Below are positions 30,359 through 42,309 of a stretch of 64,000 nucleotides of DNA, in pieces. A program made the translations under genes and the position numbers. Position 1 is the stretch's first letter. Each line of letters begins with the position of its first letter. This DNA is from Lysobacterales bacterium (GTDB lineage Bacteria; Pseudomonadota; Gammaproteobacteria; Xanthomonadales; SZUA-5), in contig JALHMH010000007.1 in NCBI GenBank assembly GCA_022844165.1, positions 32,001-96,000 of the forward strand, given 5' to 3'. Below the pieces are notes generated by a model, which worked only from the letters and a program-made list of their open reading frames with translations, had not been told where the DNA came from and did no database searches.

Positions 30359-31779
30359 GGTTGCGCTCCTTGCGTGGGTATGGCCAGCGCGGCCGATAAC
30401 TCGGCCAACCGCACCAGCGCAGAAAATCGGGTCAGGTTATCGTTGAGTTCGGCGCTGGTGAGCGCTGTGCGTGCGTCGATGAATTCCACCTGGGCAATGG
30501 AGCCCGCGTCGCGCTTCTTGCTGGCGATGCGAAATCCCTCTTCGGCGGCAATTCGTCGCGCATTGGCCGTGTCCAGCGAGCGCAGTGCCGTGCGCAGCCG
30601 ATCGGCGGCCTGGCGCACATCCAGCGCGATCCGATTGGCGAGGTCCTGTCGCTCAGTTTCCGCCGCTTCCAATTGCGCAGCCGCCGCTGATACGGCCGCG
30701 TGGCGTGCTCCGAAGTCGAAGACCGTCCAGTTCAACACCACCGAGGCGATCGCATAGTTCTCGCCGCTGCCGAATCCATAGCTCTCACCCTGGATGCCCG
30801 CATCCATCGCGAACGCCAACGTTGGCTTATAGGCTGCACGCTGCACATCGAGCCGGGCTTGCGAAGCGCGCGTGGCTGCATCCAGTTGCCGTAGTTCGTC
30901 GCGCTGCGTAAGACCCTTGGCTTCGAAGCGCGCATTGTCTGTTGCATCCAGGGCGCTGGCGAGCGAGCCGAGCGTTCGGCGTGCCAGGGCACCGGGCTCG
31001 GGCGTGGCAACTCGCTCGATCGTGTGGTCCAGGTCGCGATTCAACAGGAAGTTCAGATAGCTCTGCGCCAGTTCGAGCTGATTGGTCGCATCGAACGTCT
31101 GCTGTTCGACCGCGAGCACCTCGGCTTTGGCCCGCAGGACCTGATCGAGCGTCACTTTACCGTTGTCGAACAGGACCTGGTTCACGCGCTGGTTTTCGAC
31201 CAGCAGCGTCGCGCTGGCTTCGACAATCTGAATTGCTTCGCAGGCGCTCAGAAAATCCAGATAGGCAACTTCGACATCGCGGTCGAGGCGCCTCGCAAGT
31301 GCATCCCGTCCAGCATCCGCGACCTCCACACCCGCGCGCGCAGTGCGAATCCCGGCGCCGATCGCGGGTGCGTAAATCGGTTGCGACAGACTGAGTCTGG
31401 TGTCCTGCTCACGCTCGCGCAAGAACGCAATCTCCTGGTTGGCGATGTCGCTGAAGCGCGCCGCCTGGCCCTGCGCACGCAGCAGCTCATTGAGCGTTCG
31501 GTATGCGGGATTGACCAGATCGCCAACGGGCAATGATTGAACGCGACCGCCTCGTGCGCGCGAGTAGCGTGCGCTGAGCGACACGATCGGACGAAACCCA
31601 GCCTGAGCCTGATCGAGTGCGGCGCTGGCTGCGGCGACGTCCAGTTGTGCCCCGCGCAGCGCCAGATTGCTCGCGCGAGCGTCTGCTTGTAGCGCTGCGA
31701 TCGTGCTCTCATAGTCGACCGCCTGGGCAGCGTTGGTCGCGAAAAAAAGGACCGCAATAAGTTTTCGGCAAGTTGTCAT
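30355..31779 (-). CDS. TolC-family outer-membrane efflux protein
   Basis: Signal peptide, two OEP repeats (L.QPIY, LNW.VFDFG), operon position. Confidence 0.9.
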   Translation of the reverse strand: MTTCRKLIAVLFFATNAAQAVDYESTIAALQADARASNLALRGAQLDVAAASAALDQAQAGFRPIVSLSARYSRARGGRVQSLPVGDLVNPAYRTLNELLRAQGQAARFSDIANQEIAFLREREQDTRLSLSQPIYAPAIGAGIRTARAGVEVADAGRDALARRLDRDVEVAYLDFLSACEAIQIVEASATLLVENQRVNQVLFDNGKVTLDQVLRAKAEVLAVEQQTFDATNQLELAQSYLNFLLNRDLDHTIERVATPEPGALARRTLGSLASALDATDNARFEAKGLTQRDELRQLDAATRASQARLDVQRAAYKPTLAFAMDAGIQGESYGFGSGENYAIASVVLNWTVFDFGARHAAVSAAAAQLEAAETERQDLANRIALDVRQAADRLRTALRSLDTANARRIAAEEGFRIASKKRDAGSIAQVEFIDARTALTSAELNDNLTRFSALVRLAELSAALAIPTQGAQP

Positions 31780-31836
31780 GGTTTCGTTAAACGTGCAATC
31801 GTTAGACAGTTGTCATTTCTTGGTCAAATAAAAGTG

Positions 31837-32490
31837 TCAATCGAGCACGGCGCCGGGCGCCATTCCGAGTCCGGCCAGCCGCAGGGCCTGTTCGACCAGT
31901 TGCTGCGAACTGATGCCGTCGGCGGCGAGCATGTTCGCTTTGGTCGCGGCGATTTGAATGATCCCGTGCATGAAACCCCACAGCGTCATTGCCGTCAGAT
32001 AAGGGTTGCCCAGGTCGCCGCGGATGGAACCATCGGCAACGCCCGCTTCAATGCAGCGCACCATGATCGCGTGGACTTTATCGCCTGCGAGCATACAACT
32101 GGCCTCGGTACTGCCCTCTTCGATGGCGGTCAGCGAGTGCGCCTCGAACCGCGCCAGCGCTGAAAAGTAGTGCGGGACTTCCTGCGAGAAGGCGACATAG
32201 GCCCGCCCCGCCGCCTCGACCTTGTTGCGTCCCCGCTGATGCCGTGCCTGCGCTGCTTCGAAGCGTTCGCCAAGCAGCGTCAGCGCGCGTTCGCAGATCG
32301 CGCAATGCAGGTCGAATTTGTCTTTGAAGTAGACATACACCAACCCACGCGACAGACGCGCGCGGCGCGCCACTTGATCGATGGTGAGTGCGTCCCAGCC
32401 GATATCGGCGTACACCGCTTCCGCAGCGTCCACGATTTGTGCGCGGCGCGCTTCCTTTTCTTCCAATCGGCGTTCGGTGAGGTAGCTCAT
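31837..32490 (-). CDS. TetR/AcrR family transcriptional regulator
   Basis: I.DAA..V....G.D.LTIDQVARRA.LSRG.VY.YFKDK. Confidence 0.94.
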   Translation of the reverse strand: MSYLTERRLEEKEARRAQIVDAAEAVYADIGWDALTIDQVARRARLSRGLVYVYFKDKFDLHCAICERALTLLGERFEAAQARHQRGRNKVEAAGRAYVAFSQEVPHYFSALARFEAHSLTAIEEGSTEASCMLAGDKVHAIMVRCIEAGVADGSIRGDLGNPYLTAMTLWGFMHGIIQIAATKANMLAADGISSQQLVEQALRLAGLGMAPGAVLD

Positions 32491-32505
32491 GTGCTGGACG
32501 ATACG

Positions 32506-32534
32506 TCAATCATTGACACGATGTCAACGATTGA
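32506..32534. promoter_or_regulatory. putative TetR operator
   Basis: TCAATCATTGACA-CGA-TGTCAACGATTGA inverted repeat (12/13) just upstream of the tetR start. Confidence 0.65.
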
Positions 32535-32553
32535 GAGGTTGACTTTTCCGTGA

Positions 32554-34017
32554 TTAATCCTCGCGCGTCACTTTGAGTACTTCTTCGACGCTGGTCAGAC
32601 CGGCCAGGCACTTGCGCCAACCGTCGTCGAAAATGCTCGGTGAATGGCGACGTGCGATGCGATCCAGTTCGTTTTCGCCCACTTTGTCGTGAATCGCCTG
32701 ACGCATCGCTTCGTCGATGGCAACCAGCTCATAGACGCCCGTTCGACCCTTATAGCCGGTGCCCCGCTGCGCCGGACGCCACAGAAATTGCTCGCCGCTC
32801 GTGTGCTTGCCCAGCGCCGCCAATTCGGCGGAACTGGCGAGGTAACGCTCGGAAGTTGCCGGGTCGAGTACGCGAACGAGTCGCTGTGCGAGCACGCCGA
32901 TCAAGCTCGACGACAGCAAGAAGGGTTCGATACCCATATCACGTAGCCGCGTGACAGCGCCGACGGCCGTATTGGTATGCAGCGTGGATAGCACCAGGTG
33001 CCCGGTGAGCGATGCCTGCACGGCAATTTCGGCAGTTTCCAGATCGCGAATTTCGCCAACCATCACCACGTCCGGATCTTGTCGCAAGATGGCGCGTAAC
33101 CCGCGCGCAAACGTCATATCGACTTTGGTGTTGACCTGCATCTGGCCGATGCCGTCGATGTAGTACTCGATCGGATCTTCGACGGTCATGATGTTGCGGC
33201 TCTTGTCGTTGAGCTGCATCAGCGCCGCGTACAAGGTTGTGGTCTTACCCGAGCCAGTAGGGCCCGTCACCAACAAAATCCCATGTGGGCGATGGATCAG
33301 ATCATCGAGGCGGGCGCGAGTCGCTTCGTCCATGCCAAGTTCGGTGAGGTTCAGACGCCCCGCCTGTTTGTCGAGCAGGCGGAGCACCACGCGTTCGCCA
33401 AAACTGGCAGGGATCGTCGAAACGCGCACATCCACTGGGCGGCCGGCGATTTTCAGGCCAATACGCCCGTCTTGCGGCAGCCGTTTTTCCGCAATGTCCA
33501 GCTTGGCCATCACTTTAATACGCGATACGACCGGTTGCGCGATCGACTTCTGCGGCGAGAGCACTTCGCGCAGTACACCATCGACCCGAAACCGAACAAC
33601 CAGTCGATTCTCGTAGGGCTCAATGTGGATGTCTGAAGCGTTTTCGCGAACGGCTTCTGCGAGCAATGCATTGATCAGCCGAATGATCGGCGCATCGTCC
33701 TCACTCTCCATCAGATCGGTAGGCTCGGGCAACTCATCGGCCAATTGTCTCAGGTCGAGCCGCTGATCGATGTCCGCGGCCATGCTGCGCGAATCCTCTC
33801 CGCCGCCCTGATACAGCGATTGCAGCAGCGCCTCGAACTGTTCGGCCGGCAACTTCTGCGGCAACAACGGCACCCCAAGGAAGCGTCGCAATTCGACCAG
33901 CGCTTCGGGCCGAACGTCCTGCCGACAAACCACTTGCGCCTTGCCATCGGCCATACCTGTCACCGCCACGCCGTGGCGTTTGGCAAATCCGAAAGATGGG
34001 CGTGGCAATGGAGTCAT
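32554..34017 (-). CDS. gspE: type II secretion system ATPase
   Basis: [65 protein letters not shown]. Confidence 0.92.
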   Translation of the reverse strand: MTPLPRPSFGFAKRHGVAVTGMADGKAQVVCRQDVRPEALVELRRFLGVPLLPQKLPAEQFEALLQSLYQGGGEDSRSMAADIDQRLDLRQLADELPEPTDLMESEDDAPIIRLINALLAEAVRENASDIHIEPYENRLVVRFRVDGVLREVLSPQKSIAQPVVSRIKVMAKLDIAEKRLPQDGRIGLKIAGRPVDVRVSTIPASFGERVVLRLLDKQAGRLNLTELGMDEATRARLDDLIHRPHGILLVTGPTGSGKTTTLYAALMQLNDKSRNIMTVEDPIEYYIDGIGQMQVNTKVDMTFARGLRAILRQDPDVVMVGEIRDLETAEIAVQASLTGHLVLSTLHTNTAVGAVTRLRDMGIEPFLLSSSLIGVLAQRLVRVLDPATSERYLASSAELAALGKHTSGEQFLWRPAQRGTGYKGRTGVYELVAIDEAMRQAIHDKVGENELDRIARRHSPSIFDDGWRKCLAGLTSVEEVLKVTRED

Positions 34018-34029
34018 GAACAAGCGCGT

Positions 34030-35499
34030 TTAGCGAACGGGCCGCGATTCTCGCACGTGGGCAAGGTCGTTGGTCCGCACATCGCCAGACGAACGCTTGT
34101 CGACCGGGCCATCTTGATCCTGGATGGCGAAGTGCTCGATCACTGTCCAACCGGCCTGCGAAAATGATTCTCTCGCCAGTTCCGATAACGTGCCGGTCGT
34201 CACCAGGGTGGGATGTTCGCCGATCAGATCGTCGCGCCAGGCGAAGGCGGCGATTTGATCGGACCAATGAATGTGATCGACAGGCAGCAGCACCGTCTGC
34301 TGTCCGTTGTTGTGGATGAGCCCGGGCGTGCCGCCGATGATCGCACCGCGGGCACCCGGTTCACGCGACTGGATATCCGCCGCCATGCGCAGCGATAACA
34401 CCAGGAATCGCGCATCGCGCTCGTCCTCGGCCACGCGTCCGAGCGCTGCCCATTCCACCGCCAGATGGCGCTGGTGCTGCGCGCCGATGAGATCGACAAA
34501 CTCGATTTGCAGAGTCAGCGGGAAGGCCCGGTTGCGCAACAAATCACGTGCCGGTTTGCCGGTGACGCCCAACGCTTCGAGCGCTTTGATATTGCGCCGA
34601 CGAATTTCCTCAGGCGGCAATTCCCACGCCAGTTCGTAGGCGCGTGTGGAAATGCTCAGGCCTTCGCCGACGATGCCGCCAATCGCGCCGATGCCAAATC
34701 CCACCAGCTTGCGGCCTGTCCAATCGGCCCAGGCGAGGCGGTCGAGCCGTTCATCCAGCAGCGGATTGGTCGAATACGGGTCGACGCCAACATGCCGCGC
34801 AATCTCACGACGTGAGCGGTGATAACCGATCCAGCGTAAAGACGCCGATGTTGCCGTTGATTGCGCCTTCTCCGAAAAAGTTCGACCTGACCCGCCGTGT
34901 CCCGTTTTTTCGTCGTCGTCGGCCATGGCGTCGCGCGACGCATCGGCCAGATCGACCGCCAACTCACCGACGCGCCGCGCGGTGCGCACCAGGTATCGGC
35001 CAATGCCACGCGGCAGGTTGGACAGCGTCTCGCCAGGCGCATCGACCAGCGTGGTCACCGCCTCCACGGGCCGCGCGACACCGCGCTCGGCGGCATCGAC
35101 GAACGCATCGGATGCGGTGATTTTATCAAGCGCGCGCACCGCGTCGAGTTCCGCCAGTCGAATCGCCAGCAGATCGCGACCAGAGACACGCAAGTTGCCA
35201 ACATTGGTGCGCACATCGAACTGTGCGTAGTAGTCGGCGATCGGAACCGGTGTACGTACCAGCCAGCCAATTCCGGAGGCACGCAGGCTGCGGTCAATCG
35301 CCGCCAACTCCAGGGCTGGCGCCGCTTCGTACTCCGGCGGCAGTCGCTGGATATTGCTGGCGCCGGCAGGCACCTCGAGCGCCGCCTCTGCCGCCGCTGT
35401 CGGCGGCGTTGTGGGCACAACGTCGCGCCTGACATCGACACGCGCGCCAGGCGTGCAGGCGGCCAAAAGGAAGGTGGTGATCAAAAGCAGAACGCGCAT
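34030..35499 (-). CDS. hypothetical lipoprotein
   Basis: Lipobox LLAAC; 489 aa; VDPYSTNP motif; stop 12 nt before the gspE start. Confidence 0.78.
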   Translation of the reverse strand: MRVLLLITTFLLAACTPGARVDVRRDVVPTTPPTAAAEAALEVPAGASNIQRLPPEYEAAPALELAAIDRSLRASGIGWLVRTPVPIADYYAQFDVRTNVGNLRVSGRDLLAIRLAELDAVRALDKITASDAFVDAAERGVARPVEAVTTLVDAPGETLSNLPRGIGRYLVRTARRVGELAVDLADASRDAMADDDEKTGHGGSGRTFSEKAQSTATSASLRWIGYHRSRREIARHVGVDPYSTNPLLDERLDRLAWADWTGRKLVGFGIGAIGGIVGEGLSISTRAYELAWELPPEEIRRRNIKALEALGVTGKPARDLLRNRAFPLTLQIEFVDLIGAQHQRHLAVEWAALGRVAEDERDARFLVLSLRMAADIQSREPGARGAIIGGTPGLIHNNGQQTVLLPVDHIHWSDQIAAFAWRDDLIGEHPTLVTTGTLSELARESFSQAGWTVIEHFAIQDQDGPVDKRSSGDVRTNDLAHVRESRPVR

Positions 35500-35637
35500 G
35501 TTGGACCCTCGTGCGAATACCGGCGAGGCTAAGCTGACTTGTGCAACCTCACACGAAGCCGCGAAGAAAAAGGTGGCTTCGTTTAGTGTCTTCGTTCAGC
35601 CCTTCGTGTGAAGCAGCTTGCCTGCGCGGCGAACAAC

Positions 35638-36810
35638 CTACCACACGCTACAGGCAAAACCCTTCAGGTATCGCGTTTCGGGCATCGCCGGGTGTTCAGG
35701 ATGATCGCTCGATTGCGCCAGGCGCATCAGCACGCGCAAAGAACGACCCGCGCTTTGTGCGGCACGCCGCAATGCATCGAGCAAACTGATCTCGTCGAAA
35801 TGGTGCGAGCAGGAACAGCTGATCAACCAGCCGCCGGGTTCGAGCAAACGTAGTGCCGCTTCGTTGATCCGCCGGTAAGCGAGCGCACCTTCTTCGGCGT
35901 CCTTCTTGCGCTTGATGAAGGCTGGTGGATCGACGACGATGGCACCGAAACGTTCACCGCCAGCCTTGAATTCCCGGCAGGCATCGAACGCGTCGGCCTC
36001 AATCGCGCGAACGTTGGCCGACACGCCGCTGTAGCGCGCGTTCGCGTTGACCGACTCGATCGCGGCGTTGGAAGAATCGACACACCAAACGTCCCGTGCG
36101 CCGGCACACGCAGCGCCAATGCCCCAACCGCCACCGTAAGAAAACAGATCGAGCACGCGCAAACCGGAGAGATGCGGCAAGACGCGCGCACGGTTGTCGC
36201 GCTGATCGTAGAACCAGCCGGTTTTTTGTCCAATGGCTGGTGCGATGGCGAAGCGCGCGTTGCCTTCGTCGATGATGATCTGTTCCGGTAACACGCCTTC
36301 GATCTCCACCGTCGATGGCAGGCCTTCGAGCGTGCGCGAACTGCTGTCGCCGCGCCAGACAATCGTCTCGATGCCATCGATTGAACCCAGCGCACGCGCC
36401 AACGACGGGCGCAGCCGCTCCATGCCGGCGGTCGTGATCTGCACACTGAGCACAGCACCATAACGATCGACGACCAGCCCCGGCAGACCATCACTCTCGC
36501 CGAATACCAGACGGCATTGGCGGGCGAGCCCGAGCATCCGGCGCGTCGCAACGGCGGCGTGCAAACGCTGCGCAAGCCAGGTATCAACGTCGAACTGCGC
36601 AGTGGGTGCTTGCAGCAGACGTGCGGCGATCAGCGAGTTCGGATTGACATAGGCAACGCCGAGACTCTTGCCTGGGATCTCGATGTCGACAAGTTCTCCT
36701 GGCGTCAAACCCAGCGTTCCAAGCTTGCCTTCAATCTCGTTGGCGTAAATCCACAGGTGTCCTGTGCGCAGGCGGCGCTCCGCTTCGCGCCGCAACTTGA
36801 GCGTGCGCAC
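35638..36810 (-). CDS. class I SAM-dependent rRNA methyltransferase (RlmI/RlmK family)
   Basis: GHLWIY, ESDGLPGLVVDRY, GQKTGWFYDQRDNR, VLDLFSYGG, DPPAF, SCS, PETRYLK. Confidence 0.92.
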   Translation of the reverse strand: MRTLKLRREAERRLRTGHLWIYANEIEGKLGTLGLTPGELVDIEIPGKSLGVAYVNPNSLIAARLLQAPTAQFDVDTWLAQRLHAAVATRRMLGLARQCRLVFGESDGLPGLVVDRYGAVLSVQITTAGMERLRPSLARALGSIDGIETIVWRGDSSSRTLEGLPSTVEIEGVLPEQIIIDEGNARFAIAPAIGQKTGWFYDQRDNRARVLPHLSGLRVLDLFSYGGGWGIGAACAGARDVWCVDSSNAAIESVNANARYSGVSANVRAIEADAFDACREFKAGGERFGAIVVDPPAFIKRKKDAEEGALAYRRINEAALRLLEPGGWLISCSCSHHFDEISLLDALRRAAQSAGRSLRVLMRLAQSSDHPEHPAMPETRYLKGFACSVW

Positions 36811-36811
36811 G

Positions 36812-37966
36812 CTAACGTTTCTCGATCGGAACGAAGACCTGATCGTCCGGACCGGTGTAGTTCGCGCTCGGACGAATGATCTTGCCATCCAGGCGCTGCT
36901 CGATCACATGCGCGCACCAGCCGCTGGTGCGCGAGATCACGAACAGCGGCGTGAACATGGCCGTCGGCACGCCCAGCATGTGGTAGGTCGAGGCGCTGTA
37001 CCAATCGAGATTCGGGAACATCTTCTTCAGCTCCCACATCAGCGTTTCGATGCGCTCTGAGACCTCGAACAAACGCAGATTGCCGGCTTCGGTGCAGAGC
37101 TTGCGAGAGATCTCTTTGATAATGACGTTGCGCGGATCCGATACGGTGTAAACGGGGTGGCCAAAACCGATGATGATCTCCTTGCGATCAACGCGCGCGT
37201 GGATATCGGCCCCGGCTTCCTCGGCGTTTCGATAGCGCGCAATGATATCCATCGCCACCTCGTTGGCGCCGCCGTGTTTCGGGCCACGCAACGCGCCGAT
37301 CGCACCGGCGATGGACGAGTACATGTCCGAGCCCGTGCCCGCGATCACACGCGCCGTGAACGTGCTGGCATTGAACTCATGCTCAGCGTAGAGAATCAGC
37401 GATTGATCGAGCGCACGCGCATGCGACTCGCTCGGACGCCTGCTGTGCAACAAATGCAGAAAGTGTCCGGCGATCGACTCGTCATCGGTTTCGACATCGA
37501 TACGCGCACCGGCATGGCTGAAGTGATACCAATACAGCAGCATCGAGCCGAAACTGGCCATCAGCCGATCAGCGATGTCGCGCGCTTCAGCCAGCGGATG
37601 CGACTCGCGCTCCGGCATGATTGCGCCAAGCACCGATACACCGGTGCGCAGCACGTCCATCGGATGCGTGGCTGGCGGCAGCATTTCCAGTGCGTCTTGC
37701 ACGATCGCAGGGATCCCGCGCAGTCGCTTGAGCCTGGATTTGTAGGCGCGCAGCTCCGCAACGTTGGGCAGATGGCCATACACGAGCAAATGCGCGACTT
37801 CCTCAAAACAAGCGCGTCCGGCCAGATCGTGAATATCGTAGCCGCGATACGACAAGTCGTTGCCACTTCGACCCACCGTGCACAACGCTGTGTTGCCAGC
37901 GGCGACACCCGATAGGGCAACGGATTTCTTTGGTTTGATCGCGGTCACCGGCGCGGTTTCGCTCAT
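36812..37966 (-). CDS. prpC: 2-methylcitrate synthase
   Basis: [48 protein letters not shown]. Confidence 0.94.
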   Translation of the reverse strand: MSETAPVTAIKPKKSVALSGVAAGNTALCTVGRSGNDLSYRGYDIHDLAGRACFEEVAHLLVYGHLPNVAELRAYKSRLKRLRGIPAIVQDALEMLPPATHPMDVLRTGVSVLGAIMPERESHPLAEARDIADRLMASFGSMLLYWYHFSHAGARIDVETDDESIAGHFLHLLHSRRPSESHARALDQSLILYAEHEFNASTFTARVIAGTGSDMYSSIAGAIGALRGPKHGGANEVAMDIIARYRNAEEAGADIHARVDRKEIIIGFGHPVYTVSDPRNVIIKEISRKLCTEAGNLRLFEVSERIETLMWELKKMFPNLDWYSASTYHMLGVPTAMFTPLFVISRTSGWCAHVIEQRLDGKIIRPSANYTGPDDQVFVPIEKR

Positions 37967-38267
37967 GTTTTCGCCCTCGTACGATGGTGGCCGCGGAGAA
38001 TACACCGCGATGCCAAGGCGACGCTGCGCGGTCTGCCGCTCCGGCGCCGTTGCGTCTGCGGGAATGTCATTGCACCAGGGTCGACCGCACTGCACAGTTG
38101 TTCCGCCCCGGTCCAGCCAGGCAAAGCGACGCGAGGGCGCATTCTCCGGCTGGCGCGTCAACCCAGAAACGTCCTGAAACCGCCCGATTTGCGAAACTTG
38201 TTTGCCCACCGCCGCAAATGGCTGTATTGCGGTAGATTCACCGCAGTCCGACCGGGAGGAGGCTGCT

Positions 38268-39941
38268 ATGCGCACACAAAGGCTGCTGTTGGATGACATC
38301 TACCGCCACGAGGTGGAGCAGGCCAGCCGCATCTATCTGACCCAGCCTGTCGGAGGTGGTCAGGCGGTCGACTACACCTGGGCGCAGGTGATGGATCAGT
38401 CGCGGCGCATGGCGGCGCATTTGAAGAACCAGGGTTTTCCACCCGGCGCGCGTATCGCGATCCTGTCGAAGAACTGTGCGCACTTCGTTATGGCGGAGCT
38501 GGCCATTTGGATGGCCGGCTACACGACGGTGGCCATTTTCCCAACCGAAACTGCTGACACTGTCAAATACGTGCTCAATCACAGCGAAGCCAGTCTGCTG
38601 TTTGTCGGCAAACTCGACACCTGGGCGCAACAAGCGCCTGGTGTACCCGCTGGCTTGCCGCGGATTGCTTTTCCGCTTGCGCCGAAAACCGAATTCGATA
38701 CGTGGGATGCCGTGATATCGCGAACGCCACCCATCGAAGGCCAGCCACAGCGCGCTGCCGATGACCTGGCGCTGTTGATGTACACCTCGGGATCGACTGG
38801 CACGCCCAAAGGCGTGATGCACTGCTTTGCCGGCGCTTCGGCGGCAGCCACGGGCATCGCCGCCGACATGCGATCACAAATTCGCGGCGAGCTCAGAGTT
38901 CTGTCGTATCTGCCGCTGGCGCACATTTTCGAGCGTGCATGGATCGAATGCGCATCGTTCGTTGATGGTCGAACGCACATCTTCTTCGCCGAGTCGCTCG
39001 ATACCTTTTTGGCTGATCTGAAACGCGCTCGACCGACTGCGTTCATCTCGGTGCCACGTTTGTGGCTCAAGTTTCAACAGGGCGTACTGGCAAAAATGCC
39101 GGCCAGGAAACTGGATCGTTTGCTGCGCATTCCGATTCTCGGCCGCATTGTTGCGCGCAAGATTCTCAGAGGACTGGGCTTGGACCACGTACAGATGGCT
39201 GGGAGCGGCTCGGCCCCGATTCCGGCGGATTTAATCGCCTGGTATCAACGCCTGGGCCTTAATCTGCGCGAGGGTTATGCGATGACCGAGGACTTTGCCT
39301 ACTCTTTCATTTCGATGTTCGGCAAAGCCGCGCCGGGTTATGTGGGCGTCGCGTTGCCCGGCGTGCAAGCGCGTCTGGGCAGTAACGGCGAGATCCTGGT
39401 GAAGTCGCCGGGCAAACTGGTGGGTTACTACAAGCAGCCTGAGTTGGATGCGCAGTGTTTTACCGAAGATGGCTTTTTCTGCACCGGCGATCTGGGCGAG
39501 TTCAGCGCGCAGGGACTGCTGAAAATCACCGGTCGTGCGAAGGAGCAATTCAAAACCGCGAAGGGCAAATACGTTGCGCCCGCGCCGATTGAAAATCTGC
39601 TGAATTCGCATCCAATGGTGGAACTGTCGATCGTGTCGGGCGTTGGCCAGCCGGCGGCTTATGCGCTGGTCGTTCTGGCCGAGCACGTGCGACCGCAGCA
39701 GAACGATCCGACGATACGCAAACAGATCGAAGAGGAATTCGGGCAGCTGCTCGATCAAATCAACGGCAGAGTTGCGGACTATGAACAGCTGAAGATGATC
39801 GTCGTAGCGCGCGAACCCTGGAGCATTGAAAACGGCTGCCTGACGCCGACGATGAAAATCAAACGTGCACGCATCGAAAGCAGCGTCGAGGCGCAGCTGG
39901 ACACGTGGTATCAAGGTAAATCAAAAGTGCATTGGGCCTGA
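38268..39941 (+). CDS. long-chain fatty acid-CoA ligase (AMP-binding)
   Basis: [54 protein letters not shown]. Confidence 0.93.
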   Translation: MRTQRLLLDDIYRHEVEQASRIYLTQPVGGGQAVDYTWAQVMDQSRRMAAHLKNQGFPPGARIAILSKNCAHFVMAELAIWMAGYTTVAIFPTETADTVKYVLNHSEASLLFVGKLDTWAQQAPGVPAGLPRIAFPLAPKTEFDTWDAVISRTPPIEGQPQRAADDLALLMYTSGSTGTPKGVMHCFAGASAAATGIAADMRSQIRGELRVLSYLPLAHIFERAWIECASFVDGRTHIFFAESLDTFLADLKRARPTAFISVPRLWLKFQQGVLAKMPARKLDRLLRIPILGRIVARKILRGLGLDHVQMAGSGSAPIPADLIAWYQRLGLNLREGYAMTEDFAYSFISMFGKAAPGYVGVALPGVQARLGSNGEILVKSPGKLVGYYKQPELDAQCFTEDGFFCTGDLGEFSAQGLLKITGRAKEQFKTAKGKYVAPAPIENLLNSHPMVELSIVSGVGQPAAYALVVLAEHVRPQQNDPTIRKQIEEEFGQLLDQINGRVADYEQLKMIVVAREPWSIENGCLTPTMKIKRARIESSVEAQLDTWYQGKSKVHWA

Positions 39942-40087
39942 GCCCACGCGATTCCCGCCAAGAGTTTCGGTGCATTCGAGGCCTTTGGCATCGCCCGTCG
40001 CGGCGCATCCGCACAACAGCGTTGGCGATGGCTGCGGTTCGCGCCTGACGCCGAGCGCGCCAAGAGCGTCTCGGTGCTATCGGGGGC

Positions 40088-40597
40088 TTATGCAACAGCT
40101 CCGTTCGGCGACACCGAAACCAGCGCCATCATCAGCTCATCGACAAAGTGCGCCTGATGCGCACGTTTGTAAGCCATTCGCTGGCGGCCTTCAATGCCAA
40201 ACCCGAGTTTGGCGTAAAACGCGATCGCGCGTGGATTGTCGGATTCCACGAGCAGTTCGAAGCGCATGACGCCCGCTTCGCGCAAACGAGCGATTGCCGC
40301 CTCGATCATGGTTCGGGCAACGCCGGTACCAACCAGTCGCGGTGCAATCGCGATGGTGCTGAGGTACGCCACGTGGCGCGTACGACCGGCAAATCGCGTG
40401 GCTCGGTAAAAGCCCGCCAGTTCGCCCGAATCGCCGACGCACAGCGAGAAATTTTGGGTACTGAGCAGTTCTTCATACACCGGCTCAAACTGTGCCCGAG
40501 TCATTGCGTCGTAGGCCAGGAAAGGAACAACGGTTGGCGCCATGTACAGCGCATAGACGTCATCTATGTCGGCTGGTCCTGCGAGTCGATGTTGCAT
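40088..40597 (-). CDS. GNAT N-acetyltransferase
   Basis: G.GVA, EL.VESDNPRAIAFY.KLGF.IEG. Confidence 0.85.
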   Translation of the reverse strand: MQHRLAGPADIDDVYALYMAPTVVPFLAYDAMTRAQFEPVYEELLSTQNFSLCVGDSGELAGFYRATRFAGRTRHVAYLSTIAIAPRLVGTGVARTMIEAAIARLREAGVMRFELLVESDNPRAIAFYAKLGFGIEGRQRMAYKRAHQAHFVDELMMALVSVSPNGAVA

Positions 40598-40679
40598 GGC
40601 GGGCTCCAGCCGTAGTTGATTTCCATGGTTGCCCACGGCGAGGATCGCTGGCGCGATATCTGACCGTTTGCCGTCTTGA

Positions 40680-42209
<1,530 letters not shown>

Positions 42210-42309
42210 TCGATCGAGCACAGCGCCGGCAAAACGCGCTGTCGAACGGAGCAGGCAACGCTCGGCGCTCTGCGACGAAGCCGCCTGGATCGTGCCCGAT
42301 GAGCGCGCG

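Noticed and set aside
35549-35611. Nested inverted repeats (TCACACGAAG/CTTCGTGTGA; ACGAAGCC/GGCTTCGT)
   Set aside because: Single copy, no clear U-tract or known RNA motif; insufficient support
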